From assembly GCA_034670265.1 (NCBI GenBank), contig JAXMNU010000006.1:77259-141258 (forward strand): 64,000 nucleotides of DNA. The letters run 5' to 3'. The translations under genes were made by a program, and so were the position numbers. The stretch is from Flavobacteriaceae bacterium (GTDB lineage: Bacteria; Bacteroidota; Bacteroidia; Flavobacteriales; Flavobacteriaceae). The notes under the pieces were generated by a model. It saw only the letters and a list, made by a program, of their open reading frames with translations. It made no database searches and had not been told where the DNA came from. Shown piece after piece: positions 53,633 through 63,830 of the stretch (positions within the stretch are counted from its first letter, which is position 1; the number at the start of each line of letters is the position of its first letter).

Positions 53633-54906
53633 AAATTGTATTTATCTTTCCAAAGTTGCTTTAAATAATTTTTTAAAGAACTCTCTCTTGCATTACTTCC
53701 TGGTTGATATAAAGTAGTTCCTTTTATTTCCTCAGGTAAAAACTCATGTGGAACAAAATTTCCTTCAAAATCATGGGCATATTCATAATTTTCTCCGTAG
53801 CCCAACTCTTTCATAAGCTTTGTAGGGGCATTTCTAATAGACAACGGCACAGATAGGTCTCCGGTTTGCTTAACGAGCTGCTGGGCGTCTTTAATGGCTT
53901 TATAGGTCGCGTTACTCTTAGGAGACGTAGCCAAATATACCGTACATTCACTTAAAATAATGCGCGCTTCAGGATAACCTATAGTATTAACCGCTTGAAA
54001 AGTAGCATTTGCAAGTACTAAGGCTGTTGGGTTGGCTAATCCAATATCTTCCGAGGCAGAAATAAGCAATCGCCTTGCAATAAATTTTACATCTTCGCCA
54101 CCTTCTATCATTCTAGCCAACCAGTACACGGCGGCATTTGGGTCACTTCCACGAATAGATTTAATAAATGCCGATATAATATCGTAATGTTGTTCCCCCG
54201 TTTTATCATACAGTACAGTATTCTTTTGTACTTTCTGAAGTACCATCTCATTAGTAATCGTAACGCTTTCCTCTTTTTCTGAAAGAACAATGAGCTCGAG
54301 TATGTTTAATAGTTTTCTAGCATCACCTCCAGATAGTCTAATGATAGCTTCAGTTTCTTTGAGTTTTATTTTCTTTTTCTGAAGCAACTCATCTTTTTTA
54401 ATAGCTCTTTTTAACAAATCTTCTAAATCTGTCTTACTGAATGCCTTTAAGACATACACCTGACAACGCGATAATAATGCAGGAATAACTTCAAAACTTG
54501 GATTTTCGGTAGTAGCGCCAATTAAAGTAATCCATCCTTTTTCTACTGCCCCTAAAAGCGAATCTTGTTGCGATTTACTAAAACGGTGAATTTCATCAAT
54601 AAAAAGAATTGGGTTTTTGGTGGTAAAGAGTCCCTCCCCTTTTTTAGCCTTAGCTATAACATCTCTTACGGCTGCTACGCCACTATCAATAGCACTTAAA
54701 GTGTAAAAAGGCCGTTCAGATTCTTCGGCAATAATAGTTGCCAACGTTGTTTTTCCAGTGCCAGGAGGTCCCCAAAAAATCATAGAAGAAATCATTCCAG
54801 ATTTAAGTTGAGGTAAAAGCGCACCATTTATGCCTACTAAGTGTTGTTGACTTAGATAGTCTTTTAATGTTTTTGGGCGGATTCGTTCAGCAAGTGGGGT
54901 GTTCAT
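53629..54906 (-). CDS. rarA: replication-associated recombination protein A (AAA+ ATPase MgsA/RarA)
   Basis: 425 aa with Walker [10 protein letters not shown], Walker B FIDEIHRF, and the MgsA C-terminal domain. Confidence 0.9.
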   Translation of the reverse strand: MNTPLAERIRPKTLKDYLSQQHLVGINGALLPQLKSGMISSMIFWGPPGTGKTTLATIIAEESERPFYTLSAIDSGVAAVRDVIAKAKKGEGLFTTKNPILFIDEIHRFSKSQQDSLLGAVEKGWITLIGATTENPSFEVIPALLSRCQVYVLKAFSKTDLEDLLKRAIKKDELLQKKKIKLKETEAIIRLSGGDARKLLNILELIVLSEKEESVTITNEMVLQKVQKNTVLYDKTGEQHYDIISAFIKSIRGSDPNAAVYWLARMIEGGEDVKFIARRLLISASEDIGLANPTALVLANATFQAVNTIGYPEARIILSECTVYLATSPKSNATYKAIKDAQQLVKQTGDLSVPLSIRNAPTKLMKELGYGENYEYAHDFEGNFVPHEFLPEEIKGTTLYQPGSNARESSLKNYLKQLWKDKYNF

Positions 54907-54983
54907 ACGGTAAATTTACAATTTTAAAAAGGTGTGTTTACTGTCAAAATAGCATAAATTTATAGTTGGGATTATTTTTTGCT

Positions 54984-55754
54984 ATGAATGAGTTTATGAA
55001 TTCAGAAAAACAACTTCAGTTTACCTTCGATGTGTTATTATACCCAGTAATTTTTGTTTTAGCCATCTGGATCGTTTTTTGGTTAGAAATAAGTTACGGG
55101 TTGCGTTTTGCAAAGTGGGGCGTGTTTCCAATGAAAATTGAAGGATTAAAAGGAATTTTGTTCTCTCCATTTATTCATAGTAGCTTAAAACATTTATTTA
55201 ATAACTCGATACCTCTCTTTGTACTTAGTATTTCACTCTTTTATTTTTATAGGAACATACGATGGAAAGTTCTTTTGTGGGGCATGTTACTTACAGGATT
55301 ACTAACATGGCTTATTGGAAGACCTGCATGGCATATTGGTGCTAGTGGAATTATTTATATGTTGGCAGCCTTTCTTTTTTTTAAAGGAATATTCTCTAAG
55401 CAATACCAGTTAACAGCTTTGGCGCTAATGGTTGTTTTTCTCTACGGAAGTTTGCTGTGGTATCTCTTTCCTATTGATCCCGAAATATCTTGGGAAGGAC
55501 ACTTATCCGGTTTTATAGTGGGTGTTGTTTTATCTCTTATCTTTCGGAAAAACCCTATCGAAGAAAAAAAATACGAATGGGAGAAAGAGGATTATAACCC
55601 AGAGGACGATCCTTTTTTAAGACAGTTTGATGAAAACGGTAATTTCATTGAGACAATTCCAGAGGAAACTGAAAATCTACCAGAACAAACTGAAATGAAT
55701 CAAGAGATAAAAATTATTTATAAATTTAAAAGAAGAAAAAAAGAAGGGGAGTAG
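54984..55754 (+). CDS. rhomboid family intramembrane serine protease
   Basis: Start at ATG 54984. Six TM segments, catalytic HIGASGIIY (GxSG) and downstream EGHLSGFIVG His. Acidic C-terminal tail. Confidence 0.75.
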   Translation: MNEFMNSEKQLQFTFDVLLYPVIFVLAIWIVFWLEISYGLRFAKWGVFPMKIEGLKGILFSPFIHSSLKHLFNNSIPLFVLSISLFYFYRNIRWKVLLWGMLLTGLLTWLIGRPAWHIGASGIIYMLAAFLFFKGIFSKQYQLTALALMVVFLYGSLLWYLFPIDPEISWEGHLSGFIVGVVLSLIFRKNPIEEKKYEWEKEDYNPEDDPFLRQFDENGNFIETIPEETENLPEQTEMNQEIKIIYKFKRRKKEGE

Positions 55755-55756
55755 GC

Positions 55757-56491
55757 TTAACTTCTTTGTCTAATTACTTCATATAAAAACGCACCACAAG
55801 CAACCGAAACATTTAATGAGTTTATTTCGCCCAACATAGGCAAAGCAGCTTGCTCGTCTAATAGGTTAAAAAGAGACTTTGTAATTCCTTTTCCTTCAGA
55901 ACCTAATACAATTGCTGTTGGAGCTTTAAAATCTACCTCGTATAAACTTTTTGAAGCTTTTTCTGTAGCTCCAATAACGTTTATACCAGAGCCTTTTAAA
56001 TAAAAGATGGCGTCTTTAATATGATCTACCTTACAAATAGGTACTTTAAAAATAGCGCCAGCAGATGTCTTAACAGTATCTCCACTCACGGGAGCACCAC
56101 CTTTTTTTTGAATAATGATTGCATCTACTCCTGTACATTCTGCAGTTCTTATAATGGCTCCAAAATTTCTAACATCACTTATTTGATCTAAAACAAGAAA
56201 TAGGGGAGCTTTATTTTTTGAAATTGTCTCCTCAACAAGGTTTTCAAAGTTGCTGAATCCAATAGGCGAAATAATGGCTACAATACCTTGATGATTTGCG
56301 CGAGTAAGTTGGTCAAGCTTTTCAATTGGCACATAATTAATTGAAACACCATTAGGTTGCGAAAGAGAAATTATTTCTTCAATTTTAGGGTTTTCAATCC
56401 CTTTTTGAATAAATAATTTGTCGATGAACTTAGAAGATTTAATTGCTTCTAAAACAGGATAAATACCAAATATAATTGTGTCTTTGTTCAT
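55757..56491 (-). CDS. rlmB: 23S rRNA (guanosine-2'-O)-methyltransferase RlmB (SpoU/TrmH family)
   Basis: 244 aa. N-terminal substrate-binding domain plus SpoU motifs (DQISDVRNFGAIIRT, LGSEGKG, SLNVSVACG). Confidence 0.8.
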   Translation of the reverse strand: MNKDTIIFGIYPVLEAIKSSKFIDKLFIQKGIENPKIEEIISLSQPNGVSINYVPIEKLDQLTRANHQGIVAIISPIGFSNFENLVEETISKNKAPLFLVLDQISDVRNFGAIIRTAECTGVDAIIIQKKGGAPVSGDTVKTSAGAIFKVPICKVDHIKDAIFYLKGSGINVIGATEKASKSLYEVDFKAPTAIVLGSEGKGITKSLFNLLDEQAALPMLGEINSLNVSVACGAFLYEVIRQRS

Positions 56492-56506
56492 TTTATATAT
56501 TAAAAA

Positions 56507-56534
56507 AAGAGGCTGTCTTGTAAGACAGCCTCTT
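56507..56534 (-). terminator. rho-independent terminator after the 56556 gene
   Basis: Palindrome AAGAGGCTGTCTT-GT-AAGACAGCCTCTT, followed by TTTTTTT on the minus strand. Confidence 0.8.
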
Positions 56535-56555
56535 AAAAATAGTAAAGTAATATAA

Positions 56556-57512
56556 TTACTTAATAACTTTTACAGTACCTTCAGTACCATTGATGTTTAC
56601 ATTTACAAAGTAAGCACCACTTGCCATTCTTGACATATCGATAGTAGAAGATAAAGCATCAACCTGAGCATTGTAAACTTGCTGTCCTAAAACATTGTAG
56701 ATTACAACAGAGTTAATTCTCTCTTTAGCTTGGATGTTTAATTTATCACTTACTGGGTTTGGATATGCAGAAAATCCTTTTGCTGCGAAATCGCTTACAG
56801 ATGAAGCATTAGGGTCAACAAATGAATCCTGATAAGTAAAAGCATCAACATAGTATTGGTTGTTAGTAGAAATACTATAGAAATCTACTCCACCTAAACT
56901 TTGAGTATCAGAATAGTCCCAAGCAGTTCCATCCCAGCTAGCAAATGGATGACCCATTTCTACAAATGGTGTACCACCATTAATGTACATGTGGAAAGTT
57001 GAACTTCCAGCACCACTAGTGAAGTCAAAGTTTGTAGTTACACGGAACCACTCACCTTCTGGGTAAGAGAAAGTTCTGTGTACTGAAGTATCACCAGTTG
57101 AAAAGTCGATATATCCATTTCCTGGATCTCCACTAGCTTCATTAAAGAAAATGTTACCAACAGGGAAAGTTCCTGAACCAATTGGCACAGTACCTTGGAA
57201 ATTCATATATGCTTCTTTACCAGGTACAACATACATCCAGAAATCTAATCCCCATTCTCCGAAGATTTTGTTACCTAAATCTAATACAGCATCCATGGCG
57301 TTATCATCAGATACATAACCTGATTGAGAACCATCATAAGCTTGATCAGCACTAGATAAAATAGCACATGTTCCACCACAACCCCAATCTGTCCACCAAT
57401 CTTGATAAATAGGTTGACCTGGAGTATAGCTTTCCATATCGTCTGTAAACTGTGCATTAACACTAGTAAATGCAAGTGCTAATAAAGCAACTAAGAAATA
57501 ATTTTTTTTCAT
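56556..57512 (-). CDS. secreted jelly-roll/lectin-like protein with T9SS C-terminal sorting domain
   Basis: Start at the internal ATG (MKKNYFLVALLALAFTSVNAQ). The roughly 220-aa N-domain is beta-rich (WFRVTTNFDF, FHMYINGG), and the concanavalin-like fold is a guess. CTD YPNPVSDKLNIQ...GAYFVNVNINGTEGTVKVIK. Confidence 0.6.
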   Translation of the reverse strand: MKKNYFLVALLALAFTSVNAQFTDDMESYTPGQPIYQDWWTDWGCGGTCAILSSADQAYDGSQSGYVSDDNAMDAVLDLGNKIFGEWGLDFWMYVVPGKEAYMNFQGTVPIGSGTFPVGNIFFNEASGDPGNGYIDFSTGDTSVHRTFSYPEGEWFRVTTNFDFTSGAGSSTFHMYINGGTPFVEMGHPFASWDGTAWDYSDTQSLGGVDFYSISTNNQYYVDAFTYQDSFVDPNASSVSDFAAKGFSAYPNPVSDKLNIQAKERINSVVIYNVLGQQVYNAQVDALSSTIDMSRMASGAYFVNVNINGTEGTVKVIK

Positions 57513-57603
57513 AATAATAAATTTAAAGTTTAATAATTTCAAATATACAAATTTTTAAATAATAAAATTCTTTTTAACAAAAAAAAGAAAAAATTTAGTA
57601 GAG

Positions 57604-57633
57604 TTTAAGGCAGATGTTAACATCTGCCTTAAA
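57604..57633 (-). terminator. palindromic stem-loop after the 57645 gene
   Basis: Perfect 30-nt palindrome TTTAAGGCAGATGTTAACATCTGCCTTAAA, 11 nt downstream of the stop. The T-run is only distal. Confidence 0.6.
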
Positions 57634-57644
57634 CTTTAATACTA

Positions 57645-58235
57645 TTATATAGGTAAGAAAATAATTTTATATAAGAATGATGCACCAAAATAAGGACCTC
57701 CAGAGACGCTTGCTCCTAGGTTAGTATTTGTAAAAACTGTACCATCACTCATTTCAAGTTCTAACCTCATAGAGATAAAAGAAGGAACTGTTAAAACTGC
57801 ATCTGCTGGAAAAACATCCAAAATAGCTTGTGTTGGTGTTTCTGCAGAAATTCTTGGTAAACCATTAGATCCAATTGTGAATTCTGCCGCAGCATTTGTA
57901 GCAAAAAGAACTTCTCCTATATCATTTCCAGAACCATCTACTATAGGAACTAGTAAATCTTGATCCTGAAATATGGCCATATACGTTCTTACTTCTTTAA
58001 AATCTGGAACAAAAGTACCATTACCTTGTTGTACCTCTAAAGTATAGTTTAATACATTATTAGTTTCGTTAGTAAGTGACACTAATTCTGGCGGAGCAAC
58101 AACAGTTCTTATCACTGCACCACTTTCTGTATCCACATTATCTAACACTTGATCTATAACTGCTTCAGAGTCTGAACAAGAAACTACAGTTCCAACTAGA
58201 AGAGTTATCATTAATAATTTAAATATGTTTTTCAT
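57645..58235 (-). CDS. PUL-associated surface lipoprotein of unknown function (SusE/F position)
   Basis: 196 aa. Signal plus lipobox LLVGTVVSC. Located 16 nt downstream of the SusD-like gene. Confidence 0.6.
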   Translation of the reverse strand: MKNIFKLLMITLLVGTVVSCSDSEAVIDQVLDNVDTESGAVIRTVVAPPELVSLTNETNNVLNYTLEVQQGNGTFVPDFKEVRTYMAIFQDQDLLVPIVDGSGNDIGEVLFATNAAAEFTIGSNGLPRISAETPTQAILDVFPADAVLTVPSFISMRLELEMSDGTVFTNTNLGASVSGGPYFGASFLYKIIFLPI

Positions 58236-58251
58236 AATTATCTTTTTTTAA

Positions 58252-59898
58252 TTAGTTAGCAGATGGGAATCCAGGTGAAGATGGGTTAGTATCCCAAAAT
58301 ACTTGAACATCTACATTTGGCTTTTGTGTAATATTACTATTAACGTTTGCCTCATTTGATGGGTAAAAGAATGATCTAACAAATGGACCTGGGTTTGGAT
58401 CGATATTAAACTGAATTAATTTAGGATATCCAGTTCTTCTGTAAAGATTGTAAGCACCAATTCCACTACCAAAATTAGCAATAAATTGTTGCGTAGCTAA
58501 AATCTCCCATTTAGCATCAGCGTTTCCACTATTAAAACTACTAACAACACCAGAAATAAAACTACTAACTTCACCAGAAGTAGGCTCGAAAGATGAGTCT
58601 GCACTTGGATCTAATGAGATAAAACTTTGAGTTTTAGCAATACTCTTTGTTAAGGCTGAGTTTAACGCTGAAGCTGCTCCACCTGTATTGTTTGAAGCTA
58701 ATGCAGCTTCTGCTCTCATAAAGTCTGTGTAAGATGCTAACATAATTGGTAAAATACCAGCACCACCACCACCATCTCCAACTACTACAGGAGATAATTC
58801 GTCACCATCAAATTTACCTCCAGCAGGATATACACCATTTACAGTTCTTCTTAAACCATCTGGTGGTATTCCTTCATTGTTTCCGTGATCACGACCCCAG
58901 TATCCATTATCAACAGAACAATATGTCATGGATGCTGTATAATGATTTGGTCTAGGTGCACCAGAACATGTTAATCGAACTGTATCCGGTCCACATGGAA
59001 CGCCATCTGCACCTGTAGAATTTGGTGTACAAACAAATTGTCTATAGAAATAATATCTAATTCTTGGGTCATTTGAATCATTCATAGTTTCCATTAACCA
59101 GTTAGATTCATATGTACCCGCTCCACTAGTAGTGTAATCTGCACTATACGATGGATGTCTTGTGTCTGGATTAGTTTCGTTAGCTCCATATTGGAATTGG
59201 AAATCATCTGCTGAATTTACTATTGCAGAACCAGAAACAGAATTAAAACTAGCTAAATCACCTGTATTTAAGTAAGCAAGCATTTTTACACTATTTGCTA
59301 GTCTTCTCCACTTAGTGAAGTCATTATTATAGAAAAAATCATTTTCTAAGTTATTACCTTCAGAACTTAAAAGTGCCATACCTTCATCAAGCATTGCAAG
59401 AGCACCTTCATATACTGAGGCTCCTGGATCTGCAATTGGAGCAGGGAACTCAGTTGGATTAGTAGCTTGACTAAAAGGAACATCTCCAAAATTGTCTACA
59501 AGTGTAATTAATGTATAAGCTTTTAAGATTTTCATTACTCCTAAATGCTTATTAGAGCCTGATGCTATAGCAAGAGGTTCTGCTGCAGCCATGTCGGAAA
59601 ACATACCTTGGTAAGCTAGCGCCCATTCACCGTCTAAAACAGCTGGCTCAAAATTATCTTTATAGTTTCTTCCAAACATGTAGTTCACTCGAACTACTTG
59701 TGCATCATTATTTCCTATTTGACGCATAAAGCTTGCGAAATTTAGTTGGATTTCGTTCAAGAATCTATCTAAATTAGCCTTATCTAACGTTACGTCATTT
59801 GGGTCATCTAGTAAATCTAACTCTGTAGTCTCACAAGAAGTAAATGCAAGACCTAGAAGTAGAAAAACAAATATTGATATTTTTTGTATTTTTTTCAT
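58252..59898 (-). CDS. SusD/RagB family nutrient-binding outer-membrane lipoprotein
   Basis: 548 aa. Lipobox GLAFTSC. Helical TPR-like composition. Located 19 nt downstream of the SusC-like gene. Confidence 0.8.
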   Translation of the reverse strand: MKKIQKISIFVFLLLGLAFTSCETTELDLLDDPNDVTLDKANLDRFLNEIQLNFASFMRQIGNNDAQVVRVNYMFGRNYKDNFEPAVLDGEWALAYQGMFSDMAAAEPLAIASGSNKHLGVMKILKAYTLITLVDNFGDVPFSQATNPTEFPAPIADPGASVYEGALAMLDEGMALLSSEGNNLENDFFYNNDFTKWRRLANSVKMLAYLNTGDLASFNSVSGSAIVNSADDFQFQYGANETNPDTRHPSYSADYTTSGAGTYESNWLMETMNDSNDPRIRYYFYRQFVCTPNSTGADGVPCGPDTVRLTCSGAPRPNHYTASMTYCSVDNGYWGRDHGNNEGIPPDGLRRTVNGVYPAGGKFDGDELSPVVVGDGGGGAGILPIMLASYTDFMRAEAALASNNTGGAASALNSALTKSIAKTQSFISLDPSADSSFEPTSGEVSSFISGVVSSFNSGNADAKWEILATQQFIANFGSGIGAYNLYRRTGYPKLIQFNIDPNPGPFVRSFFYPSNEANVNSNITQKPNVDVQVFWDTNPSSPGFPSAN

Positions 59899-59917
59899 CT
59901 CTTAATTTTTTTATTTA

Positions 59918-62900
59918 TTAGAATGTAGCATTTACAGTGAAACCATATCTTTTGCTACTTGGTCCTGTTAAGAATTCAAATCCTTGACCGTTACCAGCAC
60001 CTAAACCGGTAGTGTTTGGATCAAAGTTTATACCGTCAGGAGTGTTATAAGCATCATACCATAAGTTAAATCCACTTACTTTAAATGTAACACTTCCAAA
60101 AGGAGTCCTGTCTAAGAATTTAGTTGGTAATGAATAACCAAGAGTAACTTCTTGTAGACGAATCACAGATGCGTCATAAACATTTAACTCATCGGCAGCA
60201 CTCGCAAATCCATTATCAAAATAAAATTGCGAATTGTTTATTTGAACTTGGTTAGGATTTCCATCAGGACCTACACCATCAAGAATATAAGTACCAAGAC
60301 GATCTTCAGTATCTGTAGTTAATCCACGTCCAAGAAGTGTTGCAATGTAAGTAGAGTAGATATCACCACCAGAAACGTGATTTACAGCTACGTTAAGCGA
60401 TAATCCTTTCCAAGACATTGTACTTATATAGTTCATTATAAAGTCTGGGTTTGCATCACCAATTTTTGGAACTAAACCATCTTCTGTAACACTTTCAGCT
60501 ATATAGTTACCTGCGGCATCAACTAAAAGATTTCCGTTTTCATCTCTAGCTACTCTTGCGCCGTATAAGGCTCCTAGAGGATCACCTACAGTTGCAAAGT
60601 TTCCTAAGTTAGTGAATCCAGCATAGACAACTTGATCTGTATCTTGACCTAAATCAACTACTTCGCTTTCAAAAGATGTATAGTTTACATTTACTTTCCA
60701 ATCGAATCCGCCTGTGTTGCTCTTAAATATGTTAAGACCAAGGTCAGCTTCAAAACCAAAAGATTCGATTTTACCAATGTTATTATCGATAAAAGTTGCA
60801 CCTGTACTAGCAGGTATTGGTTGGTCTTGTACAATTAAGTCGTTCGTTGTTCTTGTAAAGTATGAGAAATCGAAAGTAAGTCTGTTAAATAATTTACCTT
60901 CTGCTCCAAATTCTAATTCTTCAAATAATTCTGGCTTAATGGCTGGGTTACCAATACTACTATCTGTTGTATTAGAAGTAATTAATTGACCATCTGTTTG
61001 CCAAGCTTGCGTATTAAGGTTTACCAAAGTTACTGTTGGATAACCTGTAGAGAAGTTAGCAGATGTACCGTAACCAGCTCTTAACTTTAAGAAGTTAAGT
61101 CCTTTATCAGATTGGATTCCTTTAAATGCACTTGTTGGTACAAAAGAGATACTAGCTGATGGGTAGAACAAGGAGTTGTTGATAGAGTTAGATACCCAGT
61201 CATTTCTTCCAGACAAGTTAAGGAAAACAAAGTTACTATAGTCTAAAAGAACCTGTCCAAATACACCAATAATGTTTCTTTTCTGACGGAATTCTAATTG
61301 ATTTTGCTCAACAAACCCTGAATGATCAAAGAATCCAAAAACTTGCTGATCGGTACTTCTTATACCATATCTATTGTAATCTACACTTTTCGATGTTGCT
61401 CCAAGTGAGAAACCAAGGTTTACGTTATCATTAAAGAAACTAAAGTTGTTACCAGAAAGTACAATCCTGTGATCGTAAATAGTGTTTGAAGTATTTACAG
61501 TTTCGTAGAAACCTCTCTGTACATTAACATCATCATTTACACCACCTTTGTTTTGTCTGTTTACACTATCTTCAGAATAGGTGTCAACACTTCCTTGATA
61601 AAGGATGTTAAAATTATCAGTAATATTATAATCAATCGCAGCAAAACCATTTACACGGTTTACTAATTGAGAGAATCTAGCATTGTTAATAGTCCATAAT
61701 GGGTGTTGGATAGCATTATCATCACGATAATAGATGCTACTTCCATCAGGTAATTGATACGGTAGTTCGAAGAAATCAATACTTCTAGGAGTATAGAATA
61801 AATCTCCAAAAATAGATGATCCTGCATAAGGCGTACTACTACCAAAACTAGTTGAAACTGGAGGAGTCTTTAAGTCTGTCTTAGTATAAGTCATAGACCC
61901 TCTAATGTTCACTTTGTTAGTTAATTTAGCATCCCCAGAGATTGTTAAGTTATTTCTTTTAACATTGTTTCCTGGTGTAAAACCATCCTCATCTAAGTGA
62001 CTAAAGATAGTACCATAACCAAATTTTCCACTTTCGCTACGTCCACGAGCACTAACAGAAAGGTTTTGCGCAAGTCCTTTTCGGAAAAAGTCATTAACGC
62101 TATTTCTTGGTTTCCAGTCATATCTCTGACCAGCGTATTGTGCTTGAAAATCTGGATAATTAGTAGCTAAATAAGCTGAAGATGAATATGGGTGTTCAAC
62201 AGTACCATCAGCATCAAAAGCAGCGTCAGCACCCCAGCCTCCTAAACCATCTTTATAGAATCCTGGACCCCAGTTACTGTAGAACCAACCAAATGCTTGA
62301 TCAAATCCACCACCATAAGTATCTTGATAATCTGGAAGAATAGAAACCTCATTTACAAATACAGACGAAGAAACTTCAATTTCTTGTTTTGCATTTTGTT
62401 GACTTGAACTTCCAGCTTTCGTAGTAATAAGAATTACACCATTTCTACCTTCAGTACCATATAAGGTTGTTGCAGCTAATCCTTTTAGAATATCTACACG
62501 CTCAATGTTGTTCGGGTCAATATCAAAAGAACGACTAGATCCCATGTTACCATCGGTAAAGGCACCTGCTTCGTTAGTATCGTTACTAATTGGCACACCA
62601 TCTATTACATAAAGCGCATTGTTGTCGCCAGAGAAAGATGTCATACCTCTAATAATTACTTTGTTTGCAGAACCAGAAAGACCATTCTGGGTAGTAATAT
62701 TAATACCCGCAGCTTTTCCACTCAAAACACGTGTTAAGTCAGTTTGAGGACTTTCCTTTATTGACTCCTGTTGAATTGAAGAAACTGAATAACCTAAGGC
62801 TTTCTTTTCTTTCTTTACTGCAAAACCAGTCACTACAACCTCATTTAGTACAGAGGCATCAGGCTCCATGGCAAAAGATATGCTAGAGGTTGCTGCACCA

Positions 62901-63154
62901 ATTGCTTTTTCTTGAGTTTTGTAGCTTAAATAACTGTACACTAAAGTTTGCCCAACACTTGCAGTAATGGAGTAATTACCATCAAAGTCTGTTTGGGTAC
63001 CATTAGATGTCCCTTTTACAATAACATTAACCCCAGGGAGCGGTAAACTGCTTTCGTCAGTTATAGTTCCTGAGATTGTTTTTTCTTGTGCGAACGTGAG
63101 TTGCACTACAAACGCTAGCAATAGCGTTAAAATTCCACTAAACTTTGTTCTCAT
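59918..63154 (-). CDS. SusC/RagA family TonB-linked outer-membrane protein
   Basis: Start at ATG 63154 (MRTKFSGILTLLLAFVVQLTFAQ). Carboxypeptidase-regulatory-like N-domain (ISGTITDESSLPLPGVNVIVKGTSNGTQTDFDGNYSI), TonB plug, a large barrel and a terminal F. No STN signalling domain. Confidence 0.9.
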   Translation of the reverse strand: MRTKFSGILTLLLAFVVQLTFAQEKTISGTITDESSLPLPGVNVIVKGTSNGTQTDFDGNYSITASVGQTLVYSYLSYKTQEKAIGAATSSISFAMEPDASVLNEVVVTGFAVKKEKKALGYSVSSIQQESIKESPQTDLTRVLSGKAAGINITTQNGLSGSANKVIIRGMTSFSGDNNALYVIDGVPISNDTNEAGAFTDGNMGSSRSFDIDPNNIERVDILKGLAATTLYGTEGRNGVILITTKAGSSSQQNAKQEIEVSSSVFVNEVSILPDYQDTYGGGFDQAFGWFYSNWGPGFYKDGLGGWGADAAFDADGTVEHPYSSSAYLATNYPDFQAQYAGQRYDWKPRNSVNDFFRKGLAQNLSVSARGRSESGKFGYGTIFSHLDEDGFTPGNNVKRNNLTISGDAKLTNKVNIRGSMTYTKTDLKTPPVSTSFGSSTPYAGSSIFGDLFYTPRSIDFFELPYQLPDGSSIYYRDDNAIQHPLWTINNARFSQLVNRVNGFAAIDYNITDNFNILYQGSVDTYSEDSVNRQNKGGVNDDVNVQRGFYETVNTSNTIYDHRIVLSGNNFSFFNDNVNLGFSLGATSKSVDYNRYGIRSTDQQVFGFFDHSGFVEQNQLEFRQKRNIIGVFGQVLLDYSNFVFLNLSGRNDWVSNSINNSLFYPSASISFVPTSAFKGIQSDKGLNFLKLRAGYGTSANFSTGYPTVTLVNLNTQAWQTDGQLITSNTTDSSIGNPAIKPELFEELEFGAEGKLFNRLTFDFSYFTRTTNDLIVQDQPIPASTGATFIDNNIGKIESFGFEADLGLNIFKSNTGGFDWKVNVNYTSFESEVVDLGQDTDQVVYAGFTNLGNFATVGDPLGALYGARVARDENGNLLVDAAGNYIAESVTEDGLVPKIGDANPDFIMNYISTMSWKGLSLNVAVNHVSGGDIYSTYIATLLGRGLTTDTEDRLGTYILDGVGPDGNPNQVQINNSQFYFDNGFASAADELNVYDASVIRLQEVTLGYSLPTKFLDRTPFGSVTFKVSGFNLWYDAYNTPDGINFDPNTTGLGAGNGQGFEFLTGPSSKRYGFTVNATF

Positions 63155-63322
63155 TTTATAATTTATTTGAATTAGCCAACGCCAAAAATCACAATAAAAA
63201 GTTAAATACACAACTTTTTAAACTTAAATTTTCTTTTTTTTAAAGAGAATGTTAGCCTTGTGTTACCTTAATATAAACCAAATTCTAATAATTAGCACAA
63301 AAAAATACATGTATATAAAAAT

Positions 63323-63356
63323 AAAAAAAACCATATGGAATTCCATATGGTTTTTT
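63323..63356. terminator. bidirectional palindromic terminator
   Basis: AAAAAAAA-CCATATGGAATTCCATATGG-TTTTTT, a perfect palindrome 30 nt downstream of the 63387 gene stop. Confidence 0.8.
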
Positions 63357-63386
63357 ATTCTCCGAATACCTGTTAATGATAGTTAA

Positions 63387-63812
63387 CTAGTTATTTGATT
63401 TTAGAAATATTCTAGCGTTATCTCCAGAAACTACACTTGATGTTGACTCAAACTTTAATACAAGTGGCTCGAAATCCTCAGGTAATGAAACGTTTGAAAT
63501 TGACAAAATTAGTTGACCTAATCGTTCATTTGCAGGAATAACTACTGGATTTTCAAAAGAATAGTTGTCTGATGAAATCGTTGTTTCTGGATCTATAATA
63601 ATTTGAAAAGTACGATCTGAACTAGAAACATCTGTAACAAAATAAGTGATAGGTAAGTTTATAGTGTTAGAAACACCAATTTCTGGTTCGACACCTAGCG
63701 TGAAACCAATAAGAGGAGAGCCTCCGGATTCATAATCGTCATAGGTCTCCCTACAAGATGTTGCAAGTACCATTGCGACAAATAGAGTGAGTAATATATA
63801 TGATTTTTTCAT
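63387..63812 (-). CDS. PUL-associated surface lipoprotein of unknown function
   Basis: 141 aa. Signal plus lipobox MVLATSC. Located 18 nt downstream of a SusD-like gene. Confidence 0.6.
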   Translation of the reverse strand: MKKSYILLTLFVAMVLATSCRETYDDYESGGSPLIGFTLGVEPEIGVSNTINLPITYFVTDVSSSDRTFQIIIDPETTISSDNYSFENPVVIPANERLGQLILSISNVSLPEDFEPLVLKFESTSSVVSGDNARIFLKSNN

Positions 63813-63830
63813 TGTTTTGATTTTTAAAAA

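Noticed and set aside
63155-63211. 19-aa N-terminal extension of the SusC-like gene (MYLTFYCDFWRWLIQINYK)
   Set aside because: A canonical signal peptide begins at the internal Met (MRTKFSGILTLLLAFVVQLTFAQ), and the extension is not signal-like. The same logic was applied to the alkaline phosphatase (25815-25856), the 56556 gene (57513-57542), the VOC gene (19582-19620) and the rhomboid gene (54966-54983).
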